From the NCBI GenBank assembly GCA_051530055.1, contig CM121341.1, positions 13,990,784-14,054,783 of the forward strand: a stretch of DNA of 64,000 nt, in the 5' to 3' direction. How positions within the stretch are numbered: position 1 is the stretch's first letter; each line of letters begins with the position of its first letter. The notes below the pieces were generated by a model. The model worked only from the letters and a program-made list of their open reading frames with translations, did no database searches and had not been told where the DNA came from. Made by a program: the position numbers and the translations under genes. This DNA comes from Neoechinorhynchus agilis (Eukaryota; Animalia; Acanthocephala). This document shows positions 49,266 to 61,319 of this stretch, one piece after another.

Positions 49266-49900
49266 TCAGCGTTCTCTGAAAAGTGGCGACAGTTCGATCA
49301 ACTCGACCCTCGGGGGAAGTTTAAGCATGCGATCCAGCATTGCCAGAAATTTGTTGTTGTTTTGCGTATCTTGTTGTGTCCGGTAATCTCGAGGCTTTAG
49401 ACTAATAATGATATTCAAGGACACTAACGGTGGATGCAGCGCAATGCTGCTCGGCGGAAAGATTCCTCTTTCCAAAGGAGATTTCAGCACCCATCCATCT
49501 CCGTTGATTGTCCTTTTAGAGTATAGCAATGTCCGTACTCCATTATCAAGAACCGCATTCGGGATAACACCTCTTGCTATCTTTATCCTAGCCAGTGTTT
49601 CATAATCACCACTCCCTGGAAACATTGGCCTACCAACCGCGAGTTCCCCGATAGTGCAACCAAGGCTCCGCATGTCGATTGATTTAGCGATGGGTAAACC
49701 CAAGATCATTTCCGGAGGAGTTTGAAATCGTAGTCTCGATTCAAAGAGCCCGCAAGTGGATCCTTAAATTCCCACGGTCTTCAAACAATGATCTCAGCTG
49801 CTTTTATACTCACTTGTTTATTGATGACATTGTTTTGAAAATATTATTGCAGTTCATGCCAGTCCATGTGATGCCCTAGTCTTGAGCAGTGTTTTGTCCA
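49266..49900 (-). pseudogene. HIPK/DYRK-like Ser/Thr kinase remnant
   Basis: PEMILGLP..SIDMRSLGC..GEL..GRPMFPG (subdomains VIII-X; DMW changed to DMR). Catalytic loop decayed. 49360-49470 is duplicated at 50225-50340. Confidence 0.7.
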
Positions 49901-50382
49901 ACGTTTTTGTCATGCGATCCATTGCTTCAACTGCTCGGTCGAAAAGGCTCATGAAAGTAATCGCGAATTATCGGAATCTCCCACTCATCGCTTGAACTCC
50001 GAATAAAAATTAAATTATGACGAAAATTGAACCTTTGAAGTAGTTTATTGCCTTTTCCGCTTTTTAGAGAATATTCTTATCGATACAACGACATAAATGA
50101 ACGACAAGATGTGAGTTTTAATGAGTCGCTTTTGACTGACGTATAGAAAAAAGATAACCATCACGATAGTTACAATATTTCAGCCGGCCGAAGAAAACTG
50201 AGGCTTGGGAAATTCATAAAAATTTTATCTGGTGTTTTGCGTACCTTGTTGTGTCCGGTAATCTCGAGGTATTAGACCAATAATGTTGTTCAAGGACACT
50301 ATTGGTGGATGCAGCGCACTGCTGTTCGACGGAAAGGTTCCTTCCTTCAGTAACTACCAAGAAAGCTACGGTTAAACAAAAG

Positions 50383-52340
50383 GTGCCAGCAGGTAAATCG
50401 ATCAACTATTGTCAAAAAGTGTATAAATCCCTGAGAAAGTGGAAGGGGTCCTACCAGGTCAACGTGTATGTGATCGAACCTGCCAGAAGGTAATTTAAAC
50501 TTTTCCAGTGGTACTTTCACGTGGCGTTGAATTTTCACTTTTGGCAAGTAATGCATGTTTTAGCCCAATTGCCGACATCTTTTGCGATACCAGGTCAAAC
50601 GAATTTCCTTGTGATTAGCTTGCGGGTCGCTCTTATTCCGGGGTGTGCCAGCTCGTGAATCGCGTCGAATACACGTCTGCGTCACGATGTTGGTACTGTC
50701 GGTCTTTGTGTTCCGGATGAAATGTCACAGAGAAACGTTAATCCTTCGTTACCGATGGGAACGTCTCGGAGACGCAGTGCTGATTTCGCTGCCCGTAATT
50801 CCTGTGTTTCGGGATCTTCTTGTTGATCTTGAGGCATTGCTTCAAAAGAGATACCTTCGTTAACGTTGGCCAGAATAGCCCTCGAAAGCATATTGGCGAC
50901 TTGATTGCTCGGCCGCCATGTGCCGTCTGATTTCGGGACTACATGAAGATGAAACGCCCACTGACTGTTCGACCGTCTGACTATTCCGAGCGATTCCAAT
51001 TTGTGGAACTCGGTTTGAGCGATCGCTAATTTTTCAGAAGGGGAGACGTCTTGAGCGAGCATGGATAGGAACGCAACTAGTTTGGATGTAGTGCTTCGCA
51101 CAGTGTGTTAACGACTGGGTCCGAAAAGTTGTGATTGATGACGTTTGGGAATTCGTTCAGAATCTTGGTGTAAAGTGAGTCACCTGGAATTTTTGTCTCA
51201 GAAATCTTTACTCCGGGTCTGATTGTTGCCGACGAGATGTTCGTTATTCTATTCGTTTCCGAATATATTAACCGTTTCCCACGCATATCGACGAGAAGTC
51301 CGGTATGTCCGAGAAAGTCAGCACCCAATATAGGTTGTCGCACTGATGCAATCAGGAACTTCCAATTTATCGTATTATCTCCGAGTTTTAGCACCACCAT
51401 TTTGCTTCCAAATGTATTAGTGGATGAACCATTAGCAGCCGTGAGTGTTTGATTATGAGTGGTTGTTGATTTATCGGATATCGTTGCGAGAATGACACTA
51501 ACTTCGGCGCCCGTATCTACGAGAAAACGACGTCCAGTACTCTGATCATAGACGTAGAATAAATTATTTATTTCCTCGGCTTTATTCGCCGAATTATTCT
51601 TCATCGAACAGGGAGGTCTGCATCGTTTAGCCTTCGCACCATATCGCTGGTGGTGAAAACATATTCCACCTTGTTTCTTGCTGGGCCGCCGTATCGAAGA
51701 CGTGGTGAACTGCTGCTTAGCCGTCCATAGTTCGTCGGCCGCTTGTGCTAATTTTCGAGGATCCGTTATCTTGGCATGTACTAGGACCGATCGAATATCC
51801 TCGGGTAATTTCTCCATGAAGATTTGAATGAACAGGAAACATGATGGGTGTTTCCCGAGATAGCCTAGCATCTTGTCCATCAACTCCGATGGTTTAGAGT
51901 CCCCGAGATCCTCGATGTACAGAATGCGGCTGGCACGCTCGGACTGAATGCGTCCAATAGGCGACTCTTCAGCGCTTCGTATTTGTTCGCTTGAAGTGGA
52001 CACTTTAAAATATCAATCACACGCCCGGCGGTATCTTGGTCGAGGGCTGGGGTGATATAGTAGAACTTGGTGTCGTCTGCGACAATCTTTCGCAAGGTAA
52101 ATTGTGCCTCGGCCTGTGCAAACCACACAGGAGGTTGCTGAACCCAGAACGTGGGCAATTTGAGGCTCACTGTTTGTATTGATATATCGTCCATACTGGC
52201 AAGTACGTTTTACCAGCGTCGGGGTCACCAATGTAGAGAGAGTCGCAATTTCTATCTTCCAAGCCACGACCACCTCTGGTTATATATATACACCTGACAG
52301 ACCTCTGATGTCATCAGAATGTGTAGTCGTTGCCGCCACA
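50383..52340 (-). mobile_element. Ty3/gypsy (Mag-like) LTR retrotransposon: 5' LTR, PBS, gag, protease, RT mostly deleted, partial integrase
   Basis: LTR 52232-52340. PBS TGGTGACCCCGACG at 52217-52230 is complementary to the tRNA-Trp 3' end. Protein motifs KLPTFW..WFAQAEAQF, CFHHQRYG..C..PC, FLVDTGAEVS, GIVRRSNSQW, RFDHIHVDLVGPLP..LTIVDRFT. Confidence 0.92.
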
Positions 52341-52599
52341 AAACTAAATTTCTTGCCTAAGAGACGTTCGCTGAATTAAAGAATAAATGATTTAAACCGT
52401 TCAACAACTTGTTATTATAAGATCTTGATCTCGCCTAATACTTTGATATTTTTTGAAAGAAAAAACCCGATGATTCTGAAATTGGCGAAATTCGCTTTGG
52501 TGTTACCTCCGAAAGCCAGAAGCGATGTAAGAATTTACGTTGGGTTATTGAGAGTTTAATCTTTTTTCTCGCACGGCTAAAACTTTCTTTTTTAGAATG

Positions 52600-54618
52600 T
52601 TATTTAACGATTTCACACTTTCCCTTCTTGATCAATTCTGAAATAAATCTTGTTTGTTCATATTTAGCTTGATCACTTCCCATAATCAATACACTAATTA
52701 GCATTGGCCCGTTAACTATATCCGGATTATCAAAAAAAGTACCCGAAACCTTGAGGTTCCTGTATATCAGATAAAGGCACTCTGGCTGTATCCTGAGCAA
52801 CAGGTCTGTAACCAATGGTTTCGATTGATTTAATAGATTTGTTTCTATACCGCTGATAAGATCACTGAGACCTTGTTTAGTTTTGCACGATATTTTATAA
52901 GGTCCATCGAGATTTTTTGTCAACTCGGCTGAGCATTGATCAATTTTATTCCACACCTCTATCCGAGGAATTTCCTGATCGCCTAAAATGCAATCGATCG
53001 TTTTGCTGACGTATTTCCTTTGAAACTCCTTTTCAGGATGGCTAGCGTCGAACATTAGCAGGATCAATTGAGATTTTAAAAGGGCCTCAGACAATGTGGC
53101 AGAAAATGCTTCCACCAATCGATTAGAACTTCCGAGTTCACTCACAAAGCCAACTGTGTCCATGAGCAGCAGAGGAATGCGTTTCGTTTGTGAGCATATT
53201 TTATGGACGCTGATATCGAGAGTTACAAACAGTCTATCTTCAACTTCCAATTGGTCCGATGATTCATTTCGAACAAGCGATTTGATTAAGCTCGTCTTTC
53301 CGACGTTCGTATTCATTTCAAAGCTCGGTTCATGGCGATTTGGGTTCCTTTAATTTAAAATAGTAACATTTTTCGTAATTGTTTGTGGTTAAGCCAATCT
53401 TTCATTTTCAAAATCAACTTATCGCTTTTTTTCAAAAAATACTCTAATTTCCTTAATTCAGTTATTAACAATAACGAAAGGCATAAATGCGAATGAGACA
53501 CGTCAATCTCCGATACATTTCTAAGGAAATTCTTGTTTGCTCATCGATAGCGCCTATTACTAATAAGCAAACAGATGATGAACTCGACGAGGTTCGAAAG
53601 GTCTTTAATAAATAGGGGTGTTGACCTAAACAATAATTCCAATCATATTCCCCGGTGCCTCACATATCGACAAGTTTAGGATGTTTCAGCGATCAATTAT
53701 TTGAGTGAGTCAAGGGAAATAATTTCTTCAATAATGAGCTTAAACCCGATTTATGGACTTTTGAGTGCATCTCTGAAACGGATACACAACTGGCCGAAAT
53801 TTAAAATTAGACGTCTCTGTTTTGTATGCAATTGTATCACTGGATTTTTGCTCTATAGATAACATTAAGTTCAGAACAAACTGTGAAATGATTTCAAATA
53901 TCATTTTCCGGTCAATACAATGCTTATTTCTCAAAGCGCACACCATATCTTCCCGTACAGAAAACCGGGATTCGGAATATCTATAACCGACAACTGCGAC
54001 CAGCGGAAGGTTCTCGTAGCTATCGCACCCCTTTAGACTATGAAGGACAGCAACTCTTTCGCGGTGTAGCTTATTTTGAAGATAATGCAATTTGAGTCTT
54101 AAGGTTTCAGAGTGATCGGTGCGTCCTAAGTAATATAAAATTTCCGCAATCTCCACTTGTAACTTTGCCAGTTTAGATTTAGCATGACGTTTAAATATGC
54201 TCATGACAATTTGGGCCCGGTCGAGAATGGGTTTTCCCCACTGTTCTTGCAAAGCGGATGATTGTCGATTGGAGAGCCAAGGAACAGCGAGGAACACATC
54301 CGTGCATTCGTCAGGAACATCGTCTCGAATGATTTCCAAATTTCCTTTACGGAACAATAAAGATCGTCTCGAAAGCACGCCGCTTCTGCCTAATCTCATT
54401 CTATAAATTAAAGACTTGCAAACAGTCCAAGACTGATTTGATCTATTAAGTGCTTCAATCAAACCGATATTCTCTTCAAGGCGGGCTTTAGCAATTTTCT
54501 TGCCGGATTCACCGCTTCCGTATAAGTGAGGCTGAACAATAAAGATTCTCCTATGTTCAATGCATCCTTTGCTTATATATAAGGATAATTTACGTATGAA
54601 CACTTTACATAAAACCAT
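52600..54618 (-). CDS. GTPBP6: GTP-binding protein 6 / HflX-family GTPase, split inside the G1 motif by a 672-nt segment (53313-53984)
   Basis: N-part: ILDRAQIVMSIFKRHAKSKLAKLQVEIA, LPLVAVVGY. C-part: TNVGKTSLIK, LFVTLD, LLMDTVGF, LVEAFSATL, VWNKID. Functional status uncertain. Confidence 0.85.
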
Positions 54619-54731
54619 CTAAAACGCAGAATTAAATGGATTGAGAGAGCGACATACATCACGTGAATTTTATCTCCCAGTGCTGTTTAATTTTTTACCA
54701 AAACGATCTACTTCGAAAGTATCGTTAGTTC

Positions 54732-56560
54732 GCGATAGCTTCCTTCACGTCATCCACCTTCGCTGAGCCCCAGACCGCATTATTTGATATCATTTCTTGC
54801 CTGGTCACCCCATACATCCACCTCATTATGTTCATCTCTGCCCATCTCTGATTTTTTTATTGCAACAGAATTATTGTTATTGTAAAGAAGGTGCTCATTT
54901 ATATATGCGTTCCGTTGTGATGAGAAAAATAGATATTAATTTATTTTTAATATTTCGTCCGTCTCGTCGGACTTCTTCAGGTTGTTAATGTATTGAGAAA
55001 TGATAAAGAAAGTTATAGCTTTTTCGCATTGAAATTTCGTTATTATTTCTCAATACTTTAACAACCTGAAGAAGTCCGACGAGACCGACGAAATATTGAG
55101 AACAATAAATCAATAACTATTCTTGACCGAGTTTCATAATTAATGTCTTCTTGAAAAGGGTTTAGACTTTCTAACAAGCTTGGGTACGTAAAAAATGCTA
55201 ACAAAAAAACGAGTCAGAAAAAGTTCCTTATCGATTTTATAGTAGTCATTTCACAATTCGATATTTTTTAAACCAATTTTATAATCCACATCTCCGACAA
55301 CAACAACAACTTTCTTCATATTTTTCCCTTCTCGGGGTTGCACAAAATCTTCCAATCCTAAGACTTTACACGCTCCTACAACCCGTTTCCTTCAAACGTC
55401 GGTCCTCAGCCACACAATCTTTCCATTGTTTTCTCGGCATTCCACATTCCCTTCGATTTCCATTTGCTCAACTTTTCGAATAAATCCATTCGGCTCTTCA
55501 CCTTTCACCATATCGCTCCATTTGATCCTCCGTTTCGCGATAGCTTCCTTCACGTCATCCACCTTCGCTGAGCCCCAGACCGCATTATTTGATATCATTT
55601 CTTGCCTGGTCACCCCATACATCCACCTCATTATGTTCATCTCTGCCCATCTCTGATTTTTTTATTGCAACAGAATTATTGTTATTGTAAAGACGGTGCT
55701 CATTTATATATGCATTCTGTTGTGATGAGAAAAATAGATATTAATTTATTTTTAATATTTCGTCCGTCTCGTCGGACTTCTTCAGGTTGTTAATGTATTG
55801 AGAAATTTGTTTTGTGCGGACACCCAGACGTTTTTATGATGCAAATTTTCGGAGAGCAAAGTCTCCCTCTTCAGGCTTTTGGTCATCTGAAAAAATTATT
55901 GTCTTGAGAATCTCTTTTAAAAAATGCCTCTTGCCCGGTTGCATCCTGGATCCTGGACCATGTTTTAACCTCTTCCGGCTGCAACATAAGCGTGACATTA
56001 CTTTTGTTGCCCTCCATAAGGTGGTCTTCTTTTTTAATCATCAGGGCTTCCATTGTCAACCTCCTCTCCAGGTTTTCTTCCTGCACTAGCATCCTGGCGC
56101 CCTCAAAACTGACATCGTGGTCGTGTATGGAGATATGGAGGGAGACTTTGCTCTCCGAAAATTTGCATAATAAAAAACGTCTGGGTGTCCGCACAAAATA
56201 AATCTCGTTTCACCCAACAGTAATAATGAATGGTATTGAGAAATGATAAAGTTATAGCTTTTTCGCAATGAAATTTCGTTATTATTTCTCAAGTTTCTCT
56301 CAAACGTCGGTCCTCAGCCACAATCTTCCCATCGTTTTCTCGGCCTACCGCGCTCCCCTCGATTTCCATTTGCTCAACTTTTCGAATAAATCCATTCGGC
56401 TCTTCACCTTTCACCATATCGCTCCATTTGATCCTCCGTTTCGCGATAGCTTCCTTCACGTCATCCACCTTCGCTGAGCCCCAGACCGCATTATTTGGGA
56501 TCATTTCTTGCCTGGTTACCCCACACATCCACCTAATCATGTTCATTTCGGTTCCCCTGC
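54732..56560. repeat. Mosaic of duplicated/inverted RTE 3' and Penelope pieces
   Basis: 54732-55005 is duplicated at 55537-55808. Inverted pairs 54949-54989/55058-55098 and about 55806-55866/56140-56200. Confidence 0.8.
55880..56140 (-). mobile_element. Penelope-like GIY-YIG C-terminal fragment
   Basis: HDHDVSFEGARML..EENLERRLTMEALMIKK, followed downstream by a hammerhead-like core at about 55757-55790. Confidence 0.65.
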
Positions 56561-57740
56561 ATTCGCTTGATGTGATTGGCAGTGGTGTTCAATATCTCCA
56601 CCCCATATAACATGGCTGGTCTGATTGCCATCTTGAAGGCTCTACCTTTCAACTCCACAGGCACTTTGCTATCACGCAAGATCCCAGTTAGGCTTTTTCA
56701 CTTCATCTATTCGCTATTTATTCTCGATGAAATCTCGGCGGTGATATCGTTTTGCATCGACACTATAGAGAGCCAAGGTACATGAATTTGTCGAATTTCT
56801 GCAGCGGTGTCTCTTGAAGGAAAATGCTTTCCGTTCCCACGTAGACTGATTTCTCCCCGGGGAAATGTTTAGACCTCGACTTTCTAGAGCTTCCCTCGAT
56901 TTCTATAGGTCATTGTTGAGATCCTGGTAATTATAGCTGGAGAGGACGATGTCGTCGGCGAAAAGCATGTTCCATGACGGACCTTTACTGATACTTTTGC
57001 TAATTTCATCCATAGTGACTACAAACAAATAAGGGATCAAAGCTGAACCTTGATGCAATCCTGCGTTCACCGAGCGCTGTGATATAAGTCTCGGGACAGA
57101 GTTTTCTTCTAAGACAGTTCCATTACCAGTTTTCTAGAGACAGTGTCATAGGCTTTTTCGAGATCGATGATCACGCTGTGTATTTCCTTTCGTTTTTCAA
57201 GGCATTTCTCATATAACTGACGTAACGCGAATTCAGCTTCGGTACTACTTCTGCCGGGCATAAATCCTCTCTGCTCCTCTGATATTGACATTTCGCTTCG
57301 CAGGCGTTCCTTTTGTATAGCTTCGTCGTGTGGCTCAACAATTTGATTCCTCGATAGCTTGAACAAACTCTGACATCTCCTCTCTTTTTGTATATCGGTA
57401 CCAGTGTGCTCTGCCCCATTCGTCTGGCATCTTTTCAGTAGTAAGTATTCGTTGGAAGAGATTTCTTAATAGTGGAAAAGTATCAACTTCAAGCGCTTTC
57501 CAGACTTCTATGGATATTTCGTCTGGGCCCGTAGCTATTCCGTTTTTCATCTTGGAGAGTGCTGTTTTAACTTCGACCTTGATATTGCGTTGACTAATCC
57601 TTCGTTAGGTTCCTGCTCTTCCACTCTTTCTGCTCCATTCTTACTGTTCAGCAGTTGATCGAAGTATTCTCTCCACCTTTCTTAACTTCGTTTTCGCTCA
57701 AAATGTTCCCTTCCTTGTCCTTAATTTGCTTTACCCTGGT
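56290..57740 (-). mobile_element. RTE-clade LINE RT region, degraded
   Basis: KMKNGIATGPDEI, PIYKKRGD..CSSYRGIKLLSH, EQRGFMPGRSST, IDLEKAYD, LFADD. Confidence 0.9.
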
Positions 57741-59229
57741 AATATACTTCGATCCCTCATTTGAATGATCGGAAAATACCATGATGACTGTTTGCTGTTC
57801 ATTTATGGTGCCTCGGATAGTCCGGTTTTAGCCGACTAAAAGGAGAATGCGCTGGAGAAGTGTCGCGTTCGTTGGTTTTGACGCAAATGCTAACGGAATA
57901 CTCACGACTCGAGTAAAGTGAGGCGAGGATTGCAGGCAATGCTACATCTTGCGTAAGCCTTAGTCCCGAGCCTCCATATTTTTTGGCAGTCGCTTTTATC
58001 TATGATATGTCATCGAAATGGGCTTAGAAATTGATAAAATGAGTGAGCGGAACATTTTTAAATGTTGATCAAAAATTCGGTATCAGTGTCCGACTGATTG
58101 ATCTTTGTGTTTTGTTTCACTCGTTAGCTCCTTTTGATTCTCACCATCTAACATTGACGGAAGCTAACAATTTTTTCAAGCTGTTCGCTGCGAAGACTGT
58201 CGAGTTTCGACAACTCGTTCTTGCAATCGAATGCAGTTGTTCTTAGCTTGTTAATTTTCAATTTGCTTTATAAAAATCTGTAGGCATTGAAAAAGTTAAA
58301 ATTAAACTTTTTAGGACTTACAAAACACAAACGAAAAAGGATTAAAAATTTGAATGCATGGGTGAAGTTTATGAAATACTCAATTTTGCATTTTTTATAA
58401 CGAACCGCAAATTAGGTTTCTTTGTCAAATACGATCACAGAAAAGTTAAATATTTAAGCACTCTTAATTTTGCTAATCGTCGGTATTCTTATTAGTGTTG
58501 CAATTGAAATCGTTTTGTTTTAAAAAGCGAGGAAAACTAGTTATGTTCCTCGAAAAAACAATTACACTTTAAAAACTATCTGCAATTGATTAAAAAGTGT
58601 TTTTCTTTTTTCATCTTGGCTTCTGATAAGACGTGGAAAACAAACAAATTCAACGATTTGGGTCGACATTCTCACAACCACTTGGAAATATTTTAGTGTT
58701 TCGAGTTTTGAGTTATGGCTGTCCGCTACAACCTTCTAGAGATTTAAACTTTTATCCTAATAAGCCACCAATGCGCATTCTTGCTGTTGTAAGCTTCCTT
58801 TATGAAGTCTTACAATTCACCCTTTTACGTGCGCCCTAAATCAAGAACGGAATCTATGAAATATAACATAGATGAGCAATTGGAAATGAGCAATCAGAAT
58901 TTGAACTTTATGTAACGGACACAAACAGCGCCGAAGTAGTAAAAATCTTTAAAAATTAATCATTGTAGTATCAATCGATGTATCCATTTTTAAAGTACAA
59001 AATGTTACAAATGATTTTCCATTTAATCTGAGAGACCTAAAAAATAATTTGACTGCGAATATTACTTAAAGGTGTTGGTCAATGCTATGAATGGTCTATT
59101 TCATTGCCCCAATACCATTCTTTTTCTCGATCCAAAATATACTTTATTTTTGATCAAAATATATTCTGTTTTCATTCCTGCAAAGCCAGACGTTTTCGCA
59201 AGATATCCTAACAGCTTTAAAAATTTAAG

Positions 59230-59610
59230 ATGGGCCAAAAATATATCAAATCGATCGGTCCAGAAGACCTTATATCTCATGTTCGCTTATGGAAATTCCA
59301 AGCGTCTGATGATCCTGTAATTCAAAAATATCTTACACTTCAACAAGAAACCTACAATTGGAATCATCAGTTTTGGAAAGCTAATAACCGGCGATTCGCC
59401 AAGGAAAAGATTCTCTTTATAGGTGAAAATTCGGGATTTGTAGATAACCGCTCAGAAAAGTTGGAGGAATTTTACAGAACATTTCAGATCCAATCGTATG
59501 AGTTGCATCGAGAGTTTGACCGAGAGTGGAGGAAACGAATGTGGCGCATTATACGAATGGGTTACTTCGTGTGGATCTATGAACTAAAGAAGCGACTCAC
59601 ATCTTTTTAG
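59230..59610 (+). CDS. COA8: Cytochrome c oxidase assembly factor 8 (APOPT1)
   Basis: IGP.D..S.VR, LQQET..WNHQFW..NN..F.KEK, EEFYR.F....H..F.R.W.KR match the family pattern. An upstream targeting-peptide exon may exist. Confidence 0.8.
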   Translation: MGQKYIKSIGPEDLISHVRLWKFQASDDPVIQKYLTLQQETYNWNHQFWKANNRRFAKEKILFIGENSGFVDNRSEKLEEFYRTFQIQSYELHREFDREWRKRMWRIIRMGYFVWIYELKKRLTSF

Positions 59611-60364
59611 ATCATGTAAAACAGTTGGCATGAAGCCTCAAATAACTTTTGACTACTCAATTTTCTTGTAATTTATCTGATCGCTTTCCAACCATTCGAT
59701 AAATGAATAAAAGTGTGATTTACTATGAAACTTTTCAGCGATGTTCTGAACACTAAAAATTCGAACGTTATATTAATCGTACCTTGGTTTTATAATAATC
59801 TAGTAAGAATGGGTTCAGCCTTTGCACAAATACTGGTATTTATGGACTGCATAATTAATAATAAAATTTTCTTTAATTTTTAGGGTGCCCTCTAAAGCAT
59901 CCCAAAGGACACTGTACTCGTCATCGGGCTTTGGCCTCAAGTCGAAACTTACTGTAAACTGTTTAGATATAAGAGAGAAAGTTAAGAAGCTGTTTTTCGC
60001 AGTGAGAGTTCGTTCTACTTTAACTCAAGACGGAAAATCTCTTGGCCTCTATTCAATTGATGATATCGTCAATACAAACCTTACCTTGAAAGTTACGACG
60101 AATTTTATAAAGCACTCAATACGCCAATTCGGCTGTATTTTTCTACGCCAAAGGAAGTAACTGAGAATTTTCGCTGAAACGCTAATAGAGTGAAAGCTAA
60201 TTTTTTTAAACCTAATTGTTTTATTAAAATTTACAAGTTTTGGAAGGTAATGTTCTGTGTAGCCGCGATGGTTCGAGCAGATAATTGGTCCCCGAACTTC
60301 GAGTTTGGCGATCCCGCGCACTCGAGCTCAAAACCTGAATAAAAAAACATATTATTTTAGATGA

Positions 60365-60398
60365 CTGATGAGGCGAGGTCACCTCGCGAAATATTTCC
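60365..60398 (+). ncRNA. Hammerhead core with intact stem II but only 2-bp stem I (Penelope-type remnant)
   Basis: CTGATGA-G-GCGAG-GTCAC-CTCGC-GAAA-TAT-T. Confidence 0.45.
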
Positions 60399-60883
60399 AA
60401 TAAATCAAATGTGCTATTGCCGGGATTATTATCACCAAAATAATATATTTCTTTATGATGAACGAAAACCGTTTGTTTATCATTGAAAATTCAAACAATT
60501 AAAAGTCTTATCTCTGAATTCTCTTGAGTGATTTAGGTTTTACTTTAACCGACGTCATTTTAGCAGGTGTTTCGGATATTTGCTGATTGGTGTCGCTCTG
60601 AAAACAAATTAATGTATGAAAAATTGATTTTACTCAGATGCGCATATAGCTCATCATGAAAACTTATAAATCGTTTTTATCGCATCTTTTAGATCGACTA
60701 AACGGCCAGGCTAAAGTTCGTTATTTTCTTTTTTATCCAGGTTGCTCCATAAGGCTACGGCACGAAGCCACACCAATCTCTTACATCAGAGAAGTGAGTA
60801 AATAACTTAGACTACTAATGCTCCTGATCCCAGTTAGGGTCAACGGGTTCGAATCTGTTACCGTCGATTACGCACAACCAAAG

Positions 60884-60947
60884 GGGACAAAATGCTGCTG
60901 AAGGGAGGAAACTCTATGATGAGTCCCGGCTCCTGGAGGTATCTGAG
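60884..60947 (+). ncRNA. Non-circularly permuted hammerhead, copy 4 (core mutated)
   Basis: GGGAC/GTCCC kept. Stem III ATGCT/GGTAT pairs via two G-U wobbles. GAAA changed to AAAA and CTGATGA to ATGATGA. B-box GGTTCGAATC at 60846. Confidence 0.6.
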
Positions 60948-61319
60948 ATTCCGGAAGGATGTACAAACTCGTATACCGTATGCAACAGATTCTAGGTTCC
61001 CAAAGCCGAGGAAGGAATGTAATAACCATAATCAGTTTAAATGGCTATGAAGGTTATCTATCTTTTTTCTTTAATTTGAAGTAAAAAAAGCACACTTCGC
61101 ATCTAGATTTAAAACTCGAGGAATCCATTTCATTACGATTTAAAGAATTGTTCAAAGCTGCAAATTTCGTTCAAAGAATTGCAAGGAATTGTATTTTTTA
61201 CGAATAGGAGGTAAACGAGAGGAAATAATCGAAACAAAAAATATTACGCCTTCGATCTGCACTGAGGGCATAGCGCTTTAGAATCCTGAGAGCGTCTCAA
61301 TTTGCTTACGTCAATCGCT

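Noticed and set aside
53313-53981. Firm Helitron or Tc1/mariner call for the GTPBP6 insert
   Set aside because: No TIRs, the 3' end is CTAT rather than CTRR, and the hairpin is only 5 bp. Left unclassified.
59885-60160. GLYSIDDIV segment (also about 31170-31345) as a PUS7 fragment
   Set aside because: Similarity is limited to 5-6 residues and lacks the following PLPG. Treated as an unidentified dispersed repeat.
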